From a virus (lineage: Duplodnaviria; Caudoviricetes), in the IMG/VR virus record IMGVR_UViG_3300037634_005939, positions 1 through 29,102 of that record: DNA of 29,102 bases; one strand, 5' to 3'. A program made the position numbers and the translations under genes. Under the pieces are notes generated by a model. The model had not been told where the DNA came from, did no database searches, and worked only from the letters and a program-made list of their open reading frames with translations. The first letter of the stretch is position 1, and every line of letters begins with the position of its first letter. This document shows positions 9,750-19,800 of this stretch, one piece after another.

Positions 9750-10820
9750 TTAATCTGGGCAGCTATCCGGATCTGCGTCTGATGCATAGATGTCCCGAAC
9801 GATCACATCTTTGACATCCGGACAGTTAAATTCTACTCCACAAGGAGAATAAATATTCTGCCCTTTCTTCTTGATTTTGCTCAGATTGCTACAAATAACT
9901 CCTTTGCTTATTTTGTTATCTGTTTTTATATCCAAGAAATATTCCACATATGACGAGTCAATCTCAGGTGCGCCTGAAGATCCCAGTCCCGCATCTCGTC
10001 TGGCTTCTTTCGGGTCGAGAAGAATATTATCTTTAATCATTTTTAACGGTTTCCGGAATGCCATAGGAGTTAATACTTCCTCCCCCAAGTTTCCAGCCTC
10101 TCCAGTGATATCAAAAACTTCTATATCAAAATTCTTATGCTTGCAAGTGGTGTTGCCCTCTTCCACCAAAATCAAAAGATTATCCGAGCCGACAGCGATA
10201 GCAAGATCATTTTTGTATATCTTTTGGGGTTGTAAGTTTGGCTCTGGAGTAAACTTAATTTGGGGGTCTTGCGGATCGACTGCCGCTATCTTGTATTCCA
10301 CATCGATATTTATTTGAGGTATCTTAAGTAGTTGATGGGAATATGGCGTGAATGTAGTCGATATCGAGCCTGTTTTTTCTGTTCGAGTGGATCCGGTCAT
10401 GTGATTTACTGAGCCGTTAATTTTTCCATCTAGCAAGTTCAGCACGAAGTATGGCGCCTGTGTTGTTCCTAGTTCAGATGTGCCTAGAGGATCCGTTAGG
10501 GCAAACATCTTTTCATAAATTCCCAGTTCCTGTCGATCCTCTAAATCGTTTATTCCGTCAAACAAGAATTCTTCTCTACCCGTAAAGCAAGTTTGAGACT
10601 TCCTGCTTGGTGTGTCGTTTTGTATTCTGCCTTCGGCGTCATACCTATTCTCTTCGTAAGCGGCCGCCCTAGAAGAGTTGGCACTAATTGATTCGTAAAC
10701 CACGCCCTCGTCAAAGAAAGCATAATAAGCTGGTTTCATCTTTCCTTTAGATAGGAGATGCCTACCATATTGGGTAAGTTGAATGTCTAATACTTCTTCT
10801 TTTGGGTTAAAAAATGTCAC
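9750..10820 (-). CDS. Putative virion structural protein, 356 aa; N-terminus paralogous to 2591..3523
   Basis: GTG start with GGAGG at 10830-10834. The N-terminus LDIQLTQYGRHLLSKG...YAFFDEGVVY aligns with that of the 310-aa protein. The C-terminus carries four Cys. Confidence 0.6.
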   Translation of the reverse strand: MTFFNPKEEVLDIQLTQYGRHLLSKGKMKPAYYAFFDEGVVYESISANSSRAAAYEENRYDAEGRIQNDTPSRKSQTCFTGREEFLFDGINDLEDRQELGIYEKMFALTDPLGTSELGTTQAPYFVLNLLDGKINGSVNHMTGSTRTEKTGSISTTFTPYSHQLLKIPQINIDVEYKIAAVDPQDPQIKFTPEPNLQPQKIYKNDLAIAVGSDNLLILVEEGNTTCKHKNFDIEVFDITGEAGNLGEEVLTPMAFRKPLKMIKDNILLDPKEARRDAGLGSSGAPEIDSSYVEYFLDIKTDNKISKGVICSNLSKIKKKGQNIYSPCGVEFNCPDVKDVIVRDIYASDADPDSCPD

Positions 10821-10842
10821 GAAATAATGCCTCCATATTGAT

Positions 10843-13800
10843 TTAGTCGTCGCCTAAGATGCTGATTGTCGACCCCAGATCGCCTAATCCGTCGTCGGTG
10901 GTACCGCGCCCCTTTTGGCCCTTAAAGGCTTGACCTTTCCCGGATGCTGCTGTAACAGATGATGCGCCTCGCTGGGTTGCAAGGCGCGTTGGAGAGTCAG
11001 ATTGTGTCGTCAACCTAGCCTCGGTTGGGCTTATTTCTTTCTCTCCGAACTCAACCTCTGCCTCAATCTGTGCCAACTCCACGACGGAACACTGATCATA
11101 TGGCCAGTTAAATGTGTAATCTGGAGTTAAAACGCCGGCGGCCTCTTCCTCTTTGCCAGAAAGAACTTCATAATAATTTACTTTTGCCTTCTGCTTGACT
11201 TTAAAGACCATCCAACGGAGCTTATCTGGGAACTCTCCTCTGGCGATATCTCCGGCTGGATTTTTTGTTGTCATAGCCCTTTTTGCCGCAACCCAGTCGC
11301 CCAACAGTTCATTAGACAGAAGATCATGAGTTGCGACGGAAGTCGACTCCTCTGCCACTGTTCCCAACTTTGGAGGAAGATTTTGCCACATGTGAGAAAG
11401 ATCATCTTTGCTAAACGAATGAGAGAACTCAAAAATGTACATAGCAACAGGAGTAACTTCCGGATTTGTAATAAAATCTAGAGCCGGAGGAATGACATAT
11501 CTTCCCATTCTTTCAATTTGTTCTCCTATTGATCTCCCAATCAGTCCAGCACTGGTCGGGCTTTTTGGATCTGGTATTGTAAAGAATTGTCTTTCACCCT
11601 CTTCTAGTACGAAGGGTACAGCAACAATGGCCTCGTGCATGCGTCGTCTATTGGCAATTTCACCAATCCTAACCGGATCAGTATCAAAACCACAGATATC
11701 TACTAGAGATTTAACGGACGGATTAGTCACAGCTTTTGGTTCATCTGTAGAGCCAGAACCAATAGGTATTGAATACCCATTCCAATAGGCTGCACGCGTT
11801 GCCTCGTCTTGCATCCTAGGGCTCTTCCTTTGTGCCGCAGGCTCAGAGCCCATCGACCACTTCAAAGAAGCGCTTGGGTGGTTTTTCAGCCAGTCTTCGG
11901 GGATATCTGTGACTTGCATATATACTCCCTCTCCTTCGAGGGGCAGTCGGCCGAATTGGTGCCACATTCCTCGCGGAATGGCGCTGTTGGCCGCGGGAGT
12001 ATCCGTAACTGTCAAGGTGCCACTGGCAACAGTTACTTTGTTAAAATTAAGCATTGGAGTTTCAAACTTAGTTTGAATAACCCACCTGGATTTTTCATCT
12101 TCTCCAATAGAATCAAAAATATTTAATGACGCGTCACCTTGCATTGCCCACTCATTCACATATGTACTTGAAGCGGGACCTATGTTTGTGCCGGAAGCTG
12201 TGTGGTAAGTGCTGCCGGAGGAATATGGTAATTCGGCTGCGGGGCCGGGGACTTCCACCTCATCTCTTAGCAAAGCTTCTCGATCATATCTCCACTTTCT
12301 AACATATGTGCCATCCAATGGTACATTCGAGGCTGATGATTCTAGAACCGCCGCGTTCGGTTCGGCAAATATCTCAGAAAGAGTCGGCCTGAAGGGCTTT
12401 GGATCTGAACGGCTTTTGCTAAATTGGAAATAGTCATATGTACCACAGCCGCCGCCGTCCTCGGCTATGCCTCCTGTTATCTCCAATCCTCTCGGGAAAT
12501 AAATGAGATCGATCCAAGCCTCGCCATCATAATATGGAGGAGTATGGCTGCAATAAACTCCGTTCCTAGGATCAAATTCATGCATGGATCCACTAAATCC
12601 GCCATGTCCGTCACCTGCGGCCGATGTCTCTCCGGCCGCGGCTTCAATAAGCCCAAGGGGCGGACCAAAAGCGGAGGGACGAGAATACATAGTAAATGTT
12701 TCTTTAGGTGTTTCAATCACGGTACCTCCTACCGTTTCACCTGTCCAGAAGTTCGACTGATATGCCTCGGTAAGAACTTCTCTTGTGTTCTGTGGCAATT
12801 CAAAGTTGCCCCAAGATCCACTTGGAAGTTTTCCTTTGTCCATGCTGCGCCAAAGCTTGATACGCATACCATAAATTGATCCAGGAGTTACGGGCTTAAA
12901 CTCTCGTTCTGGTCGGGAAGTTATTCTGGTTGTCTTTCCTCCTTTCAAGAAGAAATTGACACTTTCTGCAAGGAAATTGTGCATCATATTTCGATACACA
13001 CGATTTCCTTGACCGCTCCAGCGGACTGTTGCATCAACACGAGTTAGCTTGCTAGGCTCGTCATCAGTGATCTTAGTATTTGCAAGATATCTTTCTGGAT
13101 GTATTAAGGTCTCAAATGGCAGTCTTTTGTCCCAGCCGGCGGTGTGCTTGCCATTATTCATGCTTGCAGCCTTGCTGTTACTAAAAATAGCATATGATGC
13201 TGACATTGCCACCCTCTTAAGATCAGAGTTGAGCGCTCCGAAAGATAATGTTGGTTTTTTACTGAACTCATGGTTCTCCAAAATTGGATAATCAACAGCG
13301 AGGCCGGCCTTAATTGTATTGTACAATATGCCAGGCGCAAACATTGGCTTCATAAAGTTCCTGGAATATTTATCAAAATCATCTAAACCTGAGTCATTAC
13401 CAGTAACATATGTCACATAATCTCCATATGAATCCATAAATTGTTTTGCAATCTCTACAGTTCTCTGTGCGGGGTAGAATCCGTCATATGGAACAAATTT
13501 CTTAATTGCTTTACACTGTAGAGTCAAGGAATGTGGTTGAATGATGTCTTTGTGATCTTTTCTGATAACTTCAAAATATTTCATAAAGTCAGAATTTGTG
13601 AAAACCCTAAAGAAGTCTGGTTCCGCACTATTCTGTGGCACATCAGATCCGGTCGTTGTTTGTGGTATGGTCAAGAATTTTTCATTCTCTGCCAAGAAAT
13701 CATTACCGCTATTGCGATAAAACTCTAAATGTTCTGATATTCTAAATTCTGGAATAATAGAATAATCCTTTCCTTTGCCCTTTATGTCTGAAAAGAATTT

Positions 13801-16800
13801 ATCATAAGAGTCGTAGAATGGATCAGCGGAATTCTTAGAAAAGATGCTGGATGTTCCCTCATATTTTCCAGCATGATTATTTGCTTCCCAGAGCGCTTCG
13901 CCTCTAAATAAAGACTGTAAAGGCATCACTTCTTTAAATGCTATAGAGCCGCCAGAAGCTGTCTCTGGTATGTCTATTCCCCAGTCCGGGCAGACAGATC
14001 TGGTCGCAGGGTAGATCTGTTTTCTGGCATAAAGTACACCGCCATAGGCCATTGATGCCGTGCCAGCATGATAATGAACATACTCATTCTGAAGCTGACC
14101 GGCCCTATGCCCAGTGGCGTTTGCGGAGCCGGTACCGCCATCAATCTCAGATATTCCGGTAAGTGTTGTGAAATTCTCTTGAGCATCAAGGTGCCAAACA
14201 CTCTGGCTAATCAACAAGCCAAGAGCAGTCTTTGATTCTGGCCGGTTTTCCTTTGATATATCCGTGGTTCGATCTGTTCTGGAGGTCCTCCAGAAGTTAT
14301 TTCTAAAGTCTGTTCTACCGCGGACTTTTCTGGTGTGGGCATATCGATGAGATGGCCACACTATCTCAGAATACAACACCCTATTTATTCCGACAACCGG
14401 GCTTGATGGATCTTCTATGCCGCCGTCCAAATACAGCTTTTTGATTTGATCGTAGGCACTGAAGCCCTTCTTTATCTCTATTCCCAAGTTATTCGTAAAT
14501 GACGGCCTGTCAAAGAAGACAATATTGTTGGCATAAGATGACTGTACCATAACTGGCTTGACAACCAGCCCACCCTTCTCTCTCGCCTCTCCAGTGACAA
14601 CAAGCAACTCTTGTTTGATTGGTCGATATTTTGTTGTTAAAACAGATTGTGAAACTAATAGAGTGGTGCCGCGCCTGTCTTTAACAGTCCTTGTGCCTCC
14701 GTTGACCTCTACATTCCTTTCGACGCCGCCATGTGGCGTATTTGTGTAAAGATTATTTTTTCGATAGTATCTGGCTAAAGCACCTTGTCCAACTCGAATC
14801 TGCTTCCAAGTTGGATATCCGTATGGGCCTTGTCGGTGATGAATAATTGCATTTAGGTTCTCTATTCTCCTGGCGGCTGCCGTGTCATGAATAACAGCGA
14901 TAAACGATTCTTGATTTACAGCACCAAGTTTAAGGGGGGGCGGGTCGCGGCCTAGGTCAGCGAAGTTGAAATATGCAGCGTGATCGGGATAAGAAACTTG
15001 ATCGCCTGAAGTCGGGCATCCCAAAGTAAAATCTGAAGCGCTGATTGGCTCTACGATTATGGTATTCATGCCGGCGAAATCAACAGGGATGAAATAATTT
15101 TTGAAGTCCGTGAAGTGATATGGTGCATACTTGTATGTGCCATCATACGCAGCGCCAAATTCACTTGCGCTTAGGAAGCTTATGGCTGAAACCATCCCAT
15201 TGGATGATGATATTAAACCGTCGGATGGAAGATATCCATAAACATTTGTCGCGGATTCAACAACAGAAGCAGTTATCCAGGAGTATTGTCGATCAGATCT
15301 TGGGATCATGTGCTGGACATAGAAATTGTCATAAGCAGAAGCGGTTGTTACGGATCCAGAATGGTCCACGCCAAACGCAGACTCGCTGCCACTGTACACC
15401 AACCTCTTAAGAGGATTTCTATTTACCTTATATATTGCTGCAATTTCAGAAGATCCGGATCGGTATCCAAACTGATTATTGTGCTCCGTCAAAAGCGACT
15501 GGAGTGGTTGTCGGACACTTAAGTTCCTGAAGTTCATATTGTTGTACGGAGAATACTCCGCTGACTCTAAGTCTAGGAATGGACCTCCGTTGGCATCGCC
15601 AGCGGTTTCCGGACCTCCTGGTGCGGAGAAACGATTGACAATAACATGCCCCACTCTGCTTCTAACTGGCTTCACATGCTCCAAGATGTCTGGGAAGAAT
15701 GGGGAGGCTAACGAAGATGTTGTAAATCCTTCATTTTTAACAAAGGAACTATTATTCGCTGACCTGCCAACAGTTTGTACAACTTCGTGAGTTTTGTAAT
15801 AGTTTCCGAGAACAGAAGAGCCAGTACTGCTCATGATGTTTTTAACATTCATTGGTCGTTTAGCGAGACCATCACGATGATAATGCGCATAGGCGGGCGG
15901 ATGTTGATCTAAAGTGCTTCGAGTCGTGAAAGTATTTCCTCCGTGTATCTCCCACGCCTCTGGTCGAACATGGGCCCCAGTCAATTCTGCTTGCACTGTT
16001 AAGTCGGCATGTCTATGCTGATACCCTCCAACATGGTGTTGAGAGAATGGGCCCTGCATAGGTACTTCGTATGCTTCTCCATAGGCATCAACATGATGGC
16101 CAACCAACTGCACATTACTAGTGTCCGACAGGTACCCAGTAGTAGCCGAAGAACTGTATTGAGCCACTGGAGAATACAGGTTGGCAGAAGCAGTCTGATC
16201 TGGTGTCAATGGCGCCATATTGTTTTCATATTTTCGACGGACTTGAATTATCGGAGGACCAGATTCAGAGACATGGATGTCTCGGAAATCACCAGTTGAT
16301 ATCTTTAAGTCCGCGACGGAGCCCGGCACAAGTTCATTAGCGATCAATTGAGGCTTTTGTTTTCTAGGGAAGTTATAACCAGATCTTATCACCTGATCGC
16401 TACCGCCTAGATCGGTCGACATACGAACAGGAGAAGAAAGCTGGCGCAAGGCGTATGTTGATCCATGATAAGCGGTGCCGGCAGAACTGGAGAACTTGGT
16501 ATCGTAAGATGCAGAGTTAAAGCTTCGGATAATTTCATGCAAAGATTGTCTGGCAGTTGATAAAGTAAATCCATTGTCGAGTTCACGGTCGGGATTATTG
16601 AGATCAATATTGAAGTAGTGTTCGTTTTTCTCGGCGCGCTCTTTCCACCAGAGGGCGTTGTTGCCTTGTTTTTTAGGTCTTGAATTGCCCTCGCCGGCCC
16701 ATGGTGTTGTAGTCATACCCTGATCAGTAACATTAAGGGTTCGGTACCAGCCGCCAAAACCGCGGTGAGTGTTGAGCGCAGTGATCAAAACAGTTGCCCC

Positions 16801-19800
16801 AGATCGTGTCGCCGTGAGAGTCGGAAAGGCATCGAGACATATTCGCAATTGTTCCGCGGTGAGGTCCTCATCAGCCCCAACAACATCAAAGGTTCGGTTG
16901 ACTGCTGAGTCATTAGTTGTTGTTGTTGATGCGTTGGATGCTATTATGAAAGAGTTGCCGTTCTTGAAGCCGTCATTGAATTGCACAAGCGTGATTGTGT
17001 CGCCGCCCAGAAGAAGAGATGCGTCTGTAATTGTTATTGACGCGGTAGCGTTGGTGGGCATATCTTCAACTCTTGGATGCCCACGCTTCCAATCATAAGA
17101 AAGCTCACCTATTCCCTTTGCTCTAGCCCTAAGAACAAGATCGTCGCCACCCCACCGGGCATTGCCCTTATAGTCGAGAAGTGGCACCTTGTGTCGATAC
17201 TTGTTTCTCTCAAAGATATGACTCTCAACAACTGTCCGAATCTCGTCTGCAACATCTGCCGATGCTGGAACGAGTTGTTGGATCATTACGGATAGTGAGT
17301 TGTCGATCCACTTGTAATAGTCGATGAACTTATCTAAGTCTGGATCGTTCTGGATCTTCTCAAAGAACAACAGACGAAGACGGTCAAAGTCTTTGTATCC
17401 CTCGCGGTATTTGTTTGTCATCTCTCCGACTAAATTGTTGAATTCCAACACTGTCGCAAATGTGTTTATCATCTCTTGTGAGATTACGCCATACATGCTC
17501 TTCTCGAAGGCGAAGAAAGTTTGTGAGACAGCGGGATCACTTGGAAACAGATCATCATCTTGTGTTAAAACATTCACCGCATCATTGCTGTTAATAACCT
17601 CTGGAAGTCTTTGTTTGGCAGCAGGAACATAGTTCTTGTCGACAACCTTTCCACTACTAAGATCGCTTGGGAAGTATCCTTTTCCTGCGTGCATATTCGC
17701 CACTGTGTGCGAGAAATTTCCATCGTTGGAATATCGGCCCTGCAATTGCACAGATCCGGATGCGGCGTCTTCGACTTCAAACTCGCCGGCTGGGCCTGAC
17801 GAAGTAACTTGGGAGAAGTCCCAATGCATTGCCAAGGCCGCTGCTTCGGGAACATCCATGTTATCAATAGATACTCCGTCAGAGTTCGCAGAGAAAGTGA
17901 CACTCTTGTTTGCATGCAGGACACCGATATTGTCTGGATCTTTAGCATGAGCAATGAGAGCATCCTCATCTAGATAGTGTGCCCAGTGACGGACAGAAGA
18001 TGCCTTGATGTCACTATAGCGAGATATTGAGCCCGTGAAGTTTGTTCGGTCGGCGCCGACGAAATATCGCCTAGGCTGATCTAAGTACCGATCCGACAGG
18101 CCAGAGGTCGAGAGATAAAATTGATCTCTAATCACCCCTGAGTCTACATTGTATCCAGTAAACTCCAAAACAACATTGTTCGAATCATCAGATCCTGTAA
18201 CGCCGGCAGCATAAGGATACTTTCCATCTTTAAATCTAACGGCAAAGTTCCATTTCTGATTGTCATAAACATTGCTAAAGACGCTGCTAGTAAGATAAAT
18301 CCCTGGGTAGGGAGCAGCCGAACTAGATAGAGCAAACCAAACATTGTTTGACTCCTCTTTCGTTTTTACTGCATAGATTTGAAAGCCGTAATCACTAAGA
18401 GATGATGTGGTTCTTCCGATCCAATTAAAATCGTAGGGGAGGTCGCATGCTGTATGGCAACCAAATATGGAAGAAGTTGTAAATGGAGTTATAAAATAAT
18501 TTGCATTGGAAAACTTCATCTTATTAGGAAAGATAGCTTCCACTTCTGCGGTGTTTGCAAAATTAACATTTGTGCCTGAAATATAAGTTATTGCGCCGTT
18601 AACCGTTGTATTAGAATCGCTTGATGTATTTTGATAAACCGTGCCATCAAATCGATCAGGATGGTTAAAATCTATATATTTTTTTCTTACTGTCGTATCA
18701 TAGTGGGTATTATCAAACTTAAAAGTCGAATTGTTCCCGTAGGCATTTAATTTTATAACTTCATCATCAACACCATAACAGCGAACAAGATTTCTTAGTG
18801 ATTTCTCCGTGCCTTTAGACTTGTACATGAAGATAAGATTGTTGTAAATGTTTTGATAGACTTGATTCTTCACATCATTAATGTCAAGACTATACGATCT
18901 ATCATCTCTCCTGTTCGCAAATTTCTCCAAAATGCTTGCTTCTACAAAAGTCTCTGGGGCATAGAGACCCTGAGAAGAAAGAAGGCGCTCAGAGAATGGT
19001 ACTGGCTTGTAACTTGAACTTGGATATCCAATGTCTTGTATCTTCGGTAAATTTTCTATTTGAAGATGTAGAGTGTCAAAATAAGATCCAATTATCTGTG
19101 ACAACTTCTTGAGATGCGAGCCGCCAGAGGCCTCGTCTTCTTCAACAATCCATGCCGGCATAGAATCCAATATGCTGGATACATTCCAGTCGTCGTGGGC
19201 GCTACCGGATTTTGTAAATGTATCGAACAAGGTTTCAACATCTGGATGGCTTGAGTAAATGATCGGATCCTTAAACTCTAAAGTACCGGAAACTGTTGTC
19301 GTGGAAGAGTCGATTGCAGATCCTGTGCTTCTCGCGTTAGAGCTTGGATAGCCCTTCCAAACTCCATTAGAAATTCTTCCAGAATAATCGAGAACATTTG
19401 CGTCAATCGAGCTTGTTCCGGCGATTCCCTCATTAAATTTATAATAAACACCTAGTTCTGTGTTCGCTATCTCAGTATTTGTGCCGCCGCGAACTTGTGT
19501 CCACCAGTTTCTCTTTACATCCCTTTCGGTCTTTTTTGTTTTCCAATATCGGAATTCGTCGAGAGAACCAGAAAGCTTGCCGTATCCGGCCATAGTATGT
19601 GGAAAGTCGAATGAATTTCCAGAGGGTGCAGTCTGTAGGGCGCCGATGTATGCGATAAGAGATCCAGTTACTTCTCCGAATTCATAATCAGCAGACGAAC
19701 TCGTCTGAGTTTCTAGCAGATTTCCATTTAGGTAAAATTCTGACTCAAGCTGACTATTGACAGAACTTGAATAGAATGTGAAAGCAACATGATTCCAAGT

